A stretch of 64,000 bases of DNA from Octopus bimaculoides (lineage: Eukaryota): positions 107,194,067-107,258,066 of the forward strand of contig NC_068984.1 in NCBI RefSeq assembly GCF_001194135.2. Direction: 5' to 3'. Below, one piece after another: positions 38,509 to 50,432 of this stretch. Within the stretch, counting starts at the first letter, position 1. The number at the start of each line of letters is the position of its first letter. The notes below the pieces were generated by a model, which searched no databases, was not told the DNA's origin, and saw only the letters and a program-made list of their open reading frames with translations. A program made the translations under genes and the position numbers.

Positions 38509-39011
38509 TCGTCACTTCCGCCTTTTGTTTTAATTATCCTATAAAGCGCTGGGATTTGCACTTACATGGCATGAACTGCTGAGCACGTTTTATGACAATG
38601 AGACTACCATACACATATAAAAAAGCATAAAATAGTTAAAATATCTTCTTAGCAAATAATGGTGGCAAGTTTTATATCATATGAAAAGTCATTAGTTGAA
38701 CTATTACTCCTCTTGCATTCTGGTGGGTATCGGATCGTTTGAATGACATTAGGCCCCATAAATTAAATGCATGTATCTGGGCCACGATTGTGGCCCGTCG
38801 CACTTTATGTACTCTTTTACTTGTTTCAGTCATTTGACAACGGCCATGCTAGAGTACCGCCTTTAGTCGAGCAAATCGACCCTAGGACTTATTCTCTCGG
38901 TCTCCTTTGCTGAACCACTAAGTTACGGGGACCTATACGCACCACCATCGTTTGTCAAGCGATGTTAGGAGGACAAACACAGACACACAAACGTACACAC
39001 ACACACACACG

Positions 39012-39050
<39 letters not shown>

Positions 39051-40046
39051 GACGGGCTTCTTTCAGTTTCCATCTACCAAATCCACTCACAAGGCTTTGG
39101 TCGGCCCGAGGTTATAGTAGAAGACATTTACCCAAGGTGCCACGCAGTTAATTTTGGTAATAATGACTTTGTAAAAATTAACACTTCCTTCTCCAAGCCT
39201 AGATTCGAAACCGAATCTAAGTATTCTTGGTCGTCCAAACCACCACAATCAACAGGACATACATTCAGTTCTCTCCGTTCCTCCAACAGACTCACCAACT
39301 CCAGCAGACACCACAGATTCTGCGCAACCCCGGCACACCAAATCGGGAAGAACTGTTCGATGGCCCGCAAGGTTTGTGCAAGTTTTTCGGGTAAGTCCGA
39401 ACTCTTGACCTACCCATCTTCTTTAATAAAACCCATACATCAACACATAACTCACATGACTGCATCACCCACATACAAACCCAAAGAAATCAACGAACAT
39501 TTTGTATACATAAAGAAAAAAAAGGAAAACAAAAAAAAAAAACATTGTTCCACATCAACGAAAAACTTTCTGCATGAACATTTACTGAACATTTCACAAG
39601 CGAACTTTTTCGATGAACATTTCTTTCATTTTTTGCATGTACATATGTTTTGCTTTCTTTTTAAACTGTTTTGCCTTCTTGTAAAAATATTTTGCTACTT
39701 GTATGCCTACACACACCTGCAACAGTCACATTTTCATGTGTTCTACTATTTGATCTTTTGCACCACTGAAAGACAACCTGCCCTTATTAGACTTCTAGTG
39801 GGTCGAGTAATCAATAGACGCACATCTGTTTCAACGCGCCAACATGTTTCTCCATGGGCACATATATGCATTGCCCACCTTATAGCACACACCAACAGTG
39901 AATCTTTGCTTCATATTTTTATATCCCATATTTTTGACATATTCATATGTCTGTTGCACTTCGTAATTTTTTTTTCTGCATACACCAAAAAGTAACATTT
40001 CCAATATCGTTCGTTCTCTGTGGCTTTCTCACTAGAAGGTGGGTAG

Positions 40047-40692
40047 TGTAAAAATTAACACTTCCTTCTCCAAGCCTAGATTCGAAACCGAATCTAAGAA
40101 TTCTCGGTCGTCCAAACCACCACAATCAACAGGCGCGAAAACGGGTTTTCTTTGTCCTGTCAAAAAGTGATTGATCATCTCCCTTTAACCTTCGACCTAA
40201 GGCCGTGTCAGGCGAAGTTCAAATGGACAGGAGCTGACCTATTTAGGTACAAACTCTGCTGCAGTATGTCTGTCCTTCTAGCTGCCACGATTCTTATAAA
40301 TTCAGTGGTCAACAAGACAAAAGGCGAGAAGGCCCTAGCAGCCAAACGAGGAACGTCTACGCCACCACAGCTTTCCTCAGAGACCAGAGCAATGTTCGAA
40401 GTTCCACGGTAGATTACTGCCTCGGTTGAACTACGTACACACGCACACGCGCGCGCAACCATATATTCATTTGTGTTATATCACTTCTACAGATGTACCC
40501 TGTTTCTATTTCTAGCAACTCGTAGCAGTCGTCAACATTTTGCATGTAGTGAAGAATTATGTGTACCAACGACAAATTAACTCCAGTGAATAAATTATAT
40601 TTAATTATGAATCCATTCACTCATTTGTTTACTTCAAAGGCATACATATTCCTTTTGCATCTGTTTACCATGATACACATCTAACCACTACA
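40047..40692 (+). repeat. LTR (middle copy, 646 bp)
   Basis: TGTAAAAATT...CCACTACA, preceded by the PPT AGAAGGTGGGTAG and followed by the PBS. Confidence 0.9.
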
Positions 40693-40694
40693 TT

Positions 40695-40705
40695 TGGTGA
40701 CCCCG
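40695..40705 (+). promoter_or_regulatory. Primer-binding site complementary to the tRNA-Trp 3' end
   Basis: TGGTGACCCCG, 2 nt after the LTR. It matches 11 nt of the canonical tRNA-Trp PBS TGGTGACCCCGACGTGA. Confidence 0.8.
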
Positions 40706-40933
40706 TCAACGAATTGCAGCCTTCCTTTGAACCAGCTTAACCAACCGAACTGCATTTAGAAAATGAAAACAATTTTGTACTGCGGTTGAACTTTTTATTT
40801 CGGTCCTACGCTTCGTGATCCCGTCGAAGAATCACAGTTTGCACATCACCCGGCAACGAAATAACAGAGAATTCCTGCGAACACTATAGCTCTCCCAGAT
40901 CAGAATCCATCGGCGAACATATCTCCTACCGAC

Positions 40934-41218
40934 ATGGCATGCCATGCAGCAATTCCTTCCACCAACCCTTTCCTTTCGTCGTCCAGTGATTTGGAAATCT
41001 CCGACTTGCGTGCATTGGTCACTCAGCGGGTTTCACAGATACAGGCCCTGACAGACCAGATACAAGCCCCATCGCGTGGTATCCAGCGTCAAAGCAGCAG
41101 CCGCTCGCATCGATATTGTAGACGGTACCAAAGCCCCAGGGCTACCCACAAATCACATGACACGTGTTGGTACCACCAAAAGTACGGAATACGGACGCAG
41201 AAATGCACCACAATGTAG
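40934..41218 (+). pseudogene. Gypsy gag C-terminal remnant
   Basis: CWYHQKYGIRTQKC matches the CxYHxxFGxxAxxC knuckle of Mag-like gag proteins. Confidence 0.7.
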
Positions 41219-41605
41219 TACCTTTAGAATAATTTTCTCATGTCTGTGCCCGCTCAGCTCTTTTTCCCGACTCTGTGATGTCGGATGTCCGCTCATACTC
41301 TCTGTACCCTTGTCAGACACAACTTGCCTCTGTTCGACCCCAGATTGGTTACGAAGTTAATAGAGAAAACTGCTTGCCCTACGCAATGCGCCAGCATGCC
41401 ACACTGACGTCGTACTGGCTAATCTTAGTAAATGCCTACGACAACAACACCAGACACATTTCACTTGTGCACTACTTTCAAGGCATTTTCACACAAAATG
41501 CAATCCTGCAAGAAAACTTTTGCTGATATCATGGGTTGAGAATGCACACACTCACTCACCTCAGCTTATTTCTCAGCTGTAGGATGTTCTGTTGCCCTCA
41601 CGTAT

Positions 41606-42190
41606 ATGCTTTTGCACTTTGATTCACCGTCAACTCAAGGCATCCATAAAGCATCTTCAGACAGTTCTCACTGGTTGGAACATCTCCCTCTCATCCGCCT
41701 TGGTATTCGATCCACGGTTAAGGAGGAACTTGGATATACTCCGGCTGAACTCGTCTATGGCACAGCACTCACCTTACCTGGGCAGATGATTGAACCTGTT
41801 TCATCACAAAACCTTCCTGACCCAGCACAATATGTGCATCGATTACGGACATCGATGTTGCATTTGTCACATGCAGCCCCCAGACAATAGAACGTCGTTT
41901 CACATGTCCCAAAAGACATCAACACTTGGACTTATGCTTTCGTGAGGAATGATGGAATACCATCACAACTTCGGCCACCATATTCCGGGCCCTACAAAGT
42001 TATCAAAAGAGAACCCGAGTATTTCGTTCTCGATACGGGAGGTAAACAAAACACGGTATCGATTGATCGTTTGAAAAAAGCCTTCATCGAGGAGGACATA
42101 CATTCAGTTCTCTCCGTTCCTCCAACGGACTCACCAACTCCAGCAGACACCACAGATTCTGCACAACCCCGGCACACCAAATCGGGAAGA
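41606..42190 (+). pseudogene. Gypsy integrase C-terminal remnant (core end + GPY/F module)
   Basis: HRQLKAS, WLEHLPLIRLGIRSTVKEELGYTPAELVYG and LRPPYSGPYKVI...VSIDRLKKAF. Confidence 0.85.
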
Positions 42191-42193
42191 ACT

Positions 42194-42583
42194 TGTAGTG
42201 GTGCGTGTGGCCGCCATCTTGGGAAGTGCCATTGCGCATGTGCAAGGGACTTGCCGTCAGCGGAAGTACCCGAGGACGCATGCGCAAGGTAACAGGTGGA
42301 GAGAAAGCAATAGCGTTCTCTCTCTTTTCCATTCAGCAGTTGTGGAGACAGGACGTTCTTTCAGGCTGTCCCAACTCGACCCCGACATGTGGTCGAAGCT
42401 TCCTTTGGTATTCTAGTGGCATGCCTGTTCACCCAGGAACTCAACGGCTCTACACCAACCTAGAATAAATTATTGATCTGTTGTCACCGTTATCCCTCGT
42501 GTTGTTGTATTTCTGGATTTTAATGATTAATATAAGAACTGGGGAGAGACGGCCGAGCCGTCATATCTCATCCAATTCTTATA
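42194..42583 (+). mobile_element. Nested solo LTR of a second family (390 bp)
   Basis: TGTAG...TTATA (terminal CA probably mutated to TA), 4-bp TSD AACT (42190-93, 42584-87), AATAAA at 42464. It is absent from the duplicate segment at ~39350. Confidence 0.8.
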
Positions 42584-43257
42584 AACTGTTCAATGGCCCG
42601 CAAGGTTTGTGCAATAAGCTACCCATCTTCTTAAATGAGATGCATACATCAACACATAACTCATATGACTGCATCACCCACATACAAACCCAAAGAAATC
42701 AACGAACATTTTGTATACATAAAGAAAAAAAAGGAAAACAAAAAAAAAACATTGTTCCACATCAACGAAAAACTTTCTGCATGAACATTTACTGAACATT
42801 TCACAACCGAACTTTTTCGATGAACATTTCTTTCATTTTTTGCATGTACATATGTTTTGCTTTCTTTTTAAACTGTTTTGCCTTCTTGTAAAAATATTTT
42901 GCTACCTGTTTGCTTACACACGCTTGCAACAGTCACTTTCTCATGTGTCCTACCATTTGATCTTTTGCACCACTGAAAGACAACCTGCCCTTATTAGACC
43001 TCTAGTGGGTCGAGTAATCAATAGACGCACATCTCTTTCAACACGCCAGCATGTTTCTGCATGGGCACATATATGCATTGCCCATCATATAGCACACACC
43101 AACAGTGAATCTTTGCTTTATATTTTTATATCCCATGTTTTTGACATGTATTGATATGTTTGTTGCACTTTGTAAAAAATGTTTCTGCATACACAAAAAA
43201 AAATAACATTTCCAATATCATTCGTTCTCTGTGGCTTTCTCACTAGAAGCGGGGTAG

Positions 43258-43897
43258 TGTAAAAATTAACACCTCCTTCTCCAAGCCTAGATTCGAAACC
43301 GAATCTAAGAATTCTCGGTCGTCCAAACCACCACAATCAACAGGCGAGAAAACGGGTTTTCTTTGTCCTATCAAAAAGTGATAGATCATCTCCATTTAAC
43401 CTTCGACCTAAGGCCATGTCAGGCGAAGTTCAAATGGACAGGAGCTGACCTATTGAGGTACACACTCTGCTGCAGTATGTCTGTCCTTCTAGCTGCCGCG
43501 ATTCTTATAAATTCAGTGGTCAACAAGACAGAAGGAGAGAAGGCCCTAGCAGCTAAGCGAGGAACGTCTACGCCACCACAGCTTTCCTCAGAGACCAGAA
43601 CAATGTTAGAGGTTCCACGGTAGATTACTGCCTCGGTTGAACTACGTACACACACACACACACACACACATTCATCTGTGTTATATCACTTCTACAGACG
43701 TACCCTGTTTCTATTTCTAGCAACTCGTAGCAGTTGTCAACATTTTGTATGTAGTGAAGAATTATGTGTACCAACGACAAATTAACTCCAGTGAATAAAT
43801 TATATTTAATTATGAATCCATTCACTCATTTGTTTACTTCAAAGGCATACATATTCCTTTTGCATCTGTTTACCATGATACACATCTAACCACCACA
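43258..43897 (+). repeat. 3' LTR (640 bp)
   Basis: Highly similar to 40047-40692, preceded by the PPT AGAAGCGGGGTAG. Confidence 0.9.
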
Positions 43898-44952
43898 ACT
43901 TTATCTTTATTAAACTGGAGTTTGGCAAAATGCTTAGCGGCACTTCGTTTGTCTTTACGTTCTGAGTTCAAATGCTGCCGGAGTTGACTTTGCCTTTTAT
44001 TCTTTCGGGATCGATAAAGTAAGTACCAGTTGAGTACTGGCGTCGATCTAATCAACTTACACACCCACCCAAAATTTCAGGCCTTGTGCCTATAGTATAA
44101 ATGATTATTAAACTGGAGTTTGGAATATAAATTAACAAAAAAAATTTTTATGGAAGGTTTTTAGTTCACTTTTAAAAAGAAAGTTTGTATAATAGATCTA
44201 TGGGCGATCTTGTGTGCTTTGGTAATCTTCATGTTCACCTCGGCGGGATTTGAACTTAGAACGTAAAAAGTCGGAACCATGATTAATACAAAAATCCTTT
44301 TATCTTTTACTTGTTTCATGACTGCGGCCATGCTGGGGCACACTGCCTTGGAGGTTTTAGTCGAACGATTCAACCTCAATACTAACTTTTATGAGCTTGG
44401 TACTTATTCTATAGGTTTCGTTTGCTGAACCGTTAAGTTACGGATATGTAAACAAATTAACATTGCTTGTCAAGCGGCGATATATGCAGTCTGTGAAGAT
44501 TTTTTTAGCCATAATAAATAGTGCGTGTGTGTGTGTGTACATAATCGGATTGAAACACTTGTGCGAAACCGATTGATAAGATCAGCCGTAACGGATATAT
44601 GATACTGTACACTTCGGCACATACACACACACATACATATGTCCAGGGTTATAGTCGAAGACATTTGCCCAAGGTGCTACATAGTGAGGCTTGAACCTGA
44701 AACCATGTGGTTGGGAAGCAAACTTTTCACTACTCAACCATGGTAATATTTTAAATATTGAAAATAAGTCGCCAACTATGGGGAAAATACAGGAGAGAAA
44801 TATAAATAGATAATGATAAAAATAACAGAATGCGAGTATGAGTGAGTGAGTGAGAGAACAAGTGGAGAGAATAGAGATTATCGTCAATATAACAGGTGAC
44901 ACTCAAGCACCCGACTACGTAATGCGCATGACACAGTCTGTTTCTATGACAA

Positions 44953-44966
44953 CTAACTATGGTAAC
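44953..44966 (+). promoter_or_regulatory. RFX X-box-like motif in the putative TSNAXIP1 promoter
   Basis: CTAACTATGGTAAC matches 13/14 positions of GTHNYYATRRNAAC, 54 bp before the ATG. NRF1-like TGCGCATG at 44923-44930 and half-site GTTGCTAT at 45266. Confidence 0.5.
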
Positions 44967-45019
44967 CCTATCGCAGCAATTTTCATCATGTTATATACGT
45001 TAATTTAGAAAACTGAAGC

Positions 45020-45063
45020 ATGTCTTTCGATAAAACTGTTGTCCATTTTCCTTCTATCACCAG
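45020..45063 (+). CDS. TSNAXIP1: TSNAXIP1-like, putative coding exon 1 (MSFDKTVVHFPSIT, phase 2)
   Basis: ATG, donor CAG|GTAAAT, phase-compatible with the next exon. Inferred from splicing logic rather than homology. Confidence 0.55.
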
Positions 45064-46026
45064 GTAAATTGATTAATGTTTGTTGGCATGTTTTTGTTTT
45101 TTATTAATCTAGTTCAAATTCCCCATACACAATTATGGCAATACAGAGCTATTTTATTGTAAAATTGTTTTTTTTTCCACTTGATTACCTTATCGAACTT
45201 TATTCGATTTCTACTTAACAACCTTTTGTGTAATTAAGTACATGGTTAATGTAACTGGTGTTCTGGTTGCTATCGTTGTGATTTTTCTTACGAACGATAA
45301 TAAACAAAAACAACAATAACGATACTAAAAAATATCGATTTCATACACAATTGTAACGCCTCAGATTGGTGCATGCGGGGGAAATTATTGATTTATCGAT
45401 ATATACTAGTGATTTATTTCTTTTTCATCCTGGATTTCATTCAGCTTATAGTTCATCAGTTATTGGTTTTCAGTTCAGATTTCAAAGGCGACCTCACATC
45501 TTGTAGAATATAAATATTGTCTGGTTGTTGACAGAAAGGCAGGAGGCTCATATCCTGTTACAACCCTTGGTAATCTTTTACTGTTATGTCCGTCTCACCT
45601 GCTAGTTTGGGGTTCACCTAAAACAAACCAGTGATTTCCAACAGTTTTGATGGTCAGATTCATTCAAAACACGTCGAACAACTGTAGCAAAGATACATTT
45701 CGTCTTCAAAGTGAGACTGATTTAATAGTAAAAATTTACCAAAAGTAAATCATCATAATCATTTTACATCCACTTGTCGGAAGAAATTTATTGAGGTGCC
45801 CACACGCACGCACTTCATGATGATATGCTGGAAATATTTGGGACACCAGAGAACTAAGAGAAAGAAAACACAAACATTAAATAAAAAGTATGAATTAAAT
45901 TTTTTACTTTTCCATTCTTTCTTGGAACCAGTGCCTGTTGACTATTTCTTTAAAGAAGACTGCAATTAATTATTTGTAAAACTAATTACTATTTTTTTTT
46001 TTTTTTTTTTTTTTTTTTTCTTCTAG

Positions 46027-46144
46027 TAACCACTCCAGCCAGAGTCACAGTTTTTACAAATCACAAACATACAGTGATAAATTATATGTGTATTACCGAA
46101 TTCGCAACAGTTTGCATCAGCTGCCAATTCCATCTGCACTGAAG
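46027..46144 (+). CDS. TSNAXIP1: TSNAXIP1-like coding exon 2 (NHSSQSHSFYKSQ...QLPIPSALK)
   Basis: Long poly-T acceptor TTCTAG|, open 118 nt, donor AAG|GTGATT, phase 2 to phase 0. Confidence 0.7.
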
Positions 46145-46837
46145 GTGATTTCTCTCTCCAAAACTTTTATTTGTTGTTACCAATTTTCATTTGACCTAAG
46201 GAAATAATAGTTGTTTGTGACAATTTATGCCTCTCACTTACAAGGTTTTCTTTATATTTTGCTTCTGAAGAAAACAGTTTTTGTTGTCCCCCTGCTACTT
46301 TTATTTATTTATTGATTTGCAAGTCTTTTTGTTACGGGTAAAGAAACCCTTGTAGTGAAATTAATGAGCAAAATTGGAACACAAACACAATTTGAAGACC
46401 TAATCGCCAGTGTTGCAATAATTAAGACTCTTAGCATTTTTGTTAACCCAGAACACTTAACTATAGATATGTAACTACAGGGTATATAAGCAGAGGGAGT
46501 ATTGCATATTAAAAACTTGTAGTAGTGATTCAAAACCAAATCCCTGGATACGTGGTCAGAGCAAATCACCATAATTTCATGTGATCAGTCTATTATCCAA
46601 CTAATCAGTGTAAAGTGATGGCATGAACAGGTTTTCTTGAACATTCTAGAATATGACTTCCAGTACCCTATAAAAATCATGTGGTGCACATTATTACCAG
46701 ACAGACAACCCAGGAAGGGATCTAAGACAGATAGTGCAGATAAATGACAGGAACCTCCACTGCCACAAATATTGCACAATTGTTTCCAGTTATGTTGTGC
46801 AATCTGCATGTTGCTGTATCCATAAGATGCTAAAAAA

Positions 46838-47207
46838 GTGGAGGCGCAATGGCCCAGTGGTTAGGGCAGCAGACTCGCGGTTTCAATTCCCAGTCCGGGC
46901 GTTGTGTGTGTTTATTGAGCGAAAACACCAAAAGCTCCACGAGGCTCCGGCAGGGGATGGTGGTGAACCCTGCTGTACTCTTTCACCACAACTTTCTCTC
47001 ATTCTTACTTCCTGTTTCTGTTGTGCCTGTAATTCAAAGGGTCAGCCTTGTCACACTGTGTCACGCTGAATATCCCCGAGAACTACGCTAAGGGTACACG
47101 TGTCTGTGGAGTGCTCAGCCACTTGCACGTTAATTTCACGAGCAGGCTGTTCCGTTGATCGGATCAACTGGAACGCTCGACGTCGTAAGTGATGGAGTGC
47201 CAACAAC
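46838..47207 (+). mobile_element. SINE family 1 in intron 2, 13-bp TSD
   Basis: AAGATGCTAAAAA at 46824-46836 and 47208-47220. Confidence 0.95.
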
Positions 47208-47872
47208 AAGATGCTAAAAACTCCAAACAGAATTTTATTATTGCTGCTATTATCTGTAAAAAGCCAATGTATTTTGCCTTTCTGTATGTTGATAAAATCT
47301 TCTGTTAAATATTCATAGATGTTCTTCAGTGCAAGAAACATATTTTCGGTCATCAACTCAACCAGTCATCACCACAAACCGACAACAACAACACCTGTGC
47401 GACAAACTTTTATGTGTCTTGGCTGTGTAATTAAGAAAAGTTTGCTTTCCAACTATATGATTTCAGGTTCAGTCCAATTCCATGCTAACCAAACCTTGTG
47501 AGTGAATTTGGTAGAGAGAAACTGAAAGAAGGCCGTCAAGTGTATGTGAGTGTATCTGTGTCGCTATATCCCAACATTGCATGATAGTTGTAAATAAGCT
47601 TCACCATCATACAAGGAGTATCCAATTTACTATGAAAGCATGTTCAAGCATTGGAAACATGTGAGGGTTTGATAACAAGAAGGGTATATGGCTGTTGAAA
47701 AATCCTATTTGGCCCATGAAAGCATGGGAAAGTGGATATTAAAACAACAACAATTTATTAAATTGTAATGATAAGTTAATGCTTTCCTGTAGGTCTAGAG
47801 AACATATAACAGACCCAGTTTTATGTATTTTTTGAAGGTTTTGTGAAATCTTTAACACTAGGGCTATCTTAA

Positions 47873-48712
47873 CCCTTTGGCATTCAGATTACTGTGTCAA
47901 ATGAAATGCTTAAGTATTCATATCATTTTGAATTAATCATGCATTATTTCATAACTTGGAGATTTTGATGCTGTGATTATTTATTTTAAAATCACACTGT
48001 AGGGTAGGTGTAAAAGGCCAGATCTGACCAGTTTGATGATGATGATCATCATCATCATCATCGTTTAATGTCCGCTTTCCATGCTAGCATGAGTTGGACG
48101 ATTTGACTGAGGACTGGCGAACCAGAAGGCTGCACCAGGCTCCAATCTGATTTGGCAGAGTTTCTACAGCTGGATGCCCTTCCTAACACCAACCGCTCCG
48201 AGAGTGTAGTGGGTGCTTTTACGTGCCACCAGCACGAAGGCCAATCAGGAGGTACTGGCAACGGCCACGCTCAAAATGGTGTATTTTACGTGCCACCTGC
48301 ACAGGAGCCAGTTCTACGGCACTGGCAACGATCTCACTCGAATTACTTTTCACATGCCAGGAAGGCGACGCTGGAAAAGTGCACTTAGCATTTCACTAGT
48401 ACAGGTGCCATCACGATTTCGCTTTCGCTTGCCCCAACAGGTCTTCGCAAGCCAAGTTTAGTGTCCAAGGAAGGAGACGTTGGCATGGGGGCCAGTCGTC
48501 GAATTTAGTTCAATTTCAACAGGTCTTCGCAAGCAGGGTTTAGTGTCCAATGAAGGAAAGGTACGCATAAGTGGGCTGGCTACATCCCTGGCAGAGGCCT
48601 TGGATTTTGGTCTCACTTGGATTGCCGGTTCTTCTCATGCACAGCATATTTCCAAAGGTCTAAAACAGGTAAAATATTTTGGCCGTACATGGCCAGTTTG
48701 AATGTTAAAGGG
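47873..48712. mobile_element. piggyBac-type MITE (TTAA|CCC...GGG|TTAA) with a nested LINE 3' end
   Basis: Termini CCCTTTGGCATT / AATGTTAAAGGG, TTAA at 47869-72 and 48713-16. A second decayed copy lies at ~57415-57590. Confidence 0.8.
48035..48660 (-). mobile_element. RTE-type LINE 3' end/3'UTR with (GAT)n tail
   Basis: Same family as 53826-54025(+), 59760-60180(+) and 62152-62420(-). The minus strand begins DLWKYAVHEK. Confidence 0.75.
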
Positions 48713-49932
48713 TTAATTCTATATGAGTTGATGTGTTTTTTGAAATGTTGGGATTATGATGTCTACATGTGCACAGTATGAGGGAGTTGCTGTGTTACAC
48801 ATTATGAGAGAGTTAGGACTTTTCTGCATGTTGAACTTAGAAAAGGTAAATAGTTATGTGTGTGGAAATAGTCTCTAAATGATTGCTTGATCTGCTAAAG
48901 ATAGCAGCCAAATTGCCTTCAAATCACACTTCAAAGTATTCTGATAAGAAAGACATAGAATAATCTAGATCTATTTTCGCCATGTCTGAAAAATAGACCG
49001 GATAATTACAGCTGCTATACAATAGATTTGCTCATTTAGTTAAACAGCAACAACAGTGAAAGTTGGGAGGTTAAAACTGATTTTTGTTGTCCCTTAATTA
49101 GTATTCAAGGGTCTGAGAGGGTTTATTGTTAAATACTTTTTAAGTCTGTCATTATAAGAAGTATTTAGCAAATCAATCATTTTTATATGTTGTTTATAGG
49201 AAAGTCATCATCATTATCATTGTGTTACTATCCACTTTTTTTCTGTTTGTACGGGTCAATTGGAATTTGTTAGGTGAAGTTTCTATGGCTGGATGCCCTT
49301 TCTGTCACCAACCTTCATCAGTTACCATGAAAGATTAGAAATGAACAACACCACTTGCATGATGGTAACACTTGTTTACTACTATCACACACTGTCAAGA
49401 CAAGGAGACACACATGCACACACACACACACATGCACCACATACACCTCACTTCATGCAGACACATATATGCATACATACACATATATTTATATATGTTT
49501 GTATGAATGAATATATATGTGTGTGTGTGCGTGCGTGTGTGTGTGTGTGTGTATACAATTACAAGCGTACAGAAACAATGGGCTTCTTTCAGTTTCCATC
49601 TACCATATCCACTCACAAGGTTTTGGTTTACTAGGGACTATAACAGAAAGTAAATGCCCAACTCAGTACTATGAGCTGGCAGCACAAACTCCTTCATCAC
49701 TCAACCACATCTGCAGCCACTGATATCATAATTTTGTTTTTTATATTTGCTTATTTTTTTCTCCACAGTGGAGATTGTTTGAAATATCAGTTATCTTAAA
49801 CCCACATGGTATTACTTAACCAAATATGTAAATTTACTAAGAATTAATGAATGCTCTTGTGTCTTTAAAATGAGAAGATAATATGCTCAATTGTTATATT
49901 TGTGTAATTGCCTATTTTCTATTAATTTACAG

Positions 49933-50178
49933 CCTTATTGTGATAGAAGAACGGGAGAACTTGACACATGGCCCTGTAGTTTTGGCACTTTAAGTGAGAA
50001 CAGAATAAATACCATTCTGACAAAGAGTAAAAGCCTGTTGTTTTTGGAAGATAGGAGTCACAGAAGATATGGTAGAACTGGAAAGGCTAAGCTTCTTGAG
50101 GAATTAGAAAGATATCTGCAAGATGAAATTGCCGCATTAGGAGGACTGACAAATATTGATTTCATTGATAGTTTCAAG
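49933..50178 (+). CDS. TSNAXIP1: TSNAXIP1-like coding exon 3 (PYCDRRTGELDTWP...LLEELERYLQDEIAALG...FK)
   Basis: TTTACAG| acceptor, AAG|GTAATT donor, 246 nt, phase 0-0. GELDTWP and KAKLLEELERYLQDEI parallel human GHLSPWP and KPQYLEELENYLRKEL (recalled from memory). Confidence 0.9.
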
Positions 50179-50357
50179 GTAATTAGAAATCATTGACTAA
50201 ATGGCTGTGTGGTTAGAAGTTTGCTTTCCAACCACATGGTTCTGGGTTTAGTCCCTCTGCATGCCATCTTAGGCAAGTGTCTTCTACTATAGCTGTAAGC
50301 CAAGCAAAGCCTTGTGAGTGGATTTTGTAGAGAGAAACTGAACAAAGCCTGTCTTTA

Positions 50358-50412
<55 letters not shown>

Positions 50413-50432
50413 GTATATACACATACTTTATA

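Larger units (their letters stand above)
39170..43897 (+). mobile_element. Gypsy/Ty3 LTR retrotransposon, tandem three-LTR structure, internally deleted
   Basis: TG...CA LTRs, a 4-bp TSD ACTT at both outer ends, a PBS, two PPTs, and gag and integrase remnants. No intact protease/RT is visible. Confidence 0.9.

Noticed and set aside
38952-39995. 347-aa ORF
   Set aside because: Chance read-through across a SINE, an LTR start and the non-coding 3' region of the Gypsy element.
49891-49932. TTG start of the 101-aa ORF
   Set aside because: This is intronic sequence upstream of the acceptor at 49932; the real frame enters by splicing.
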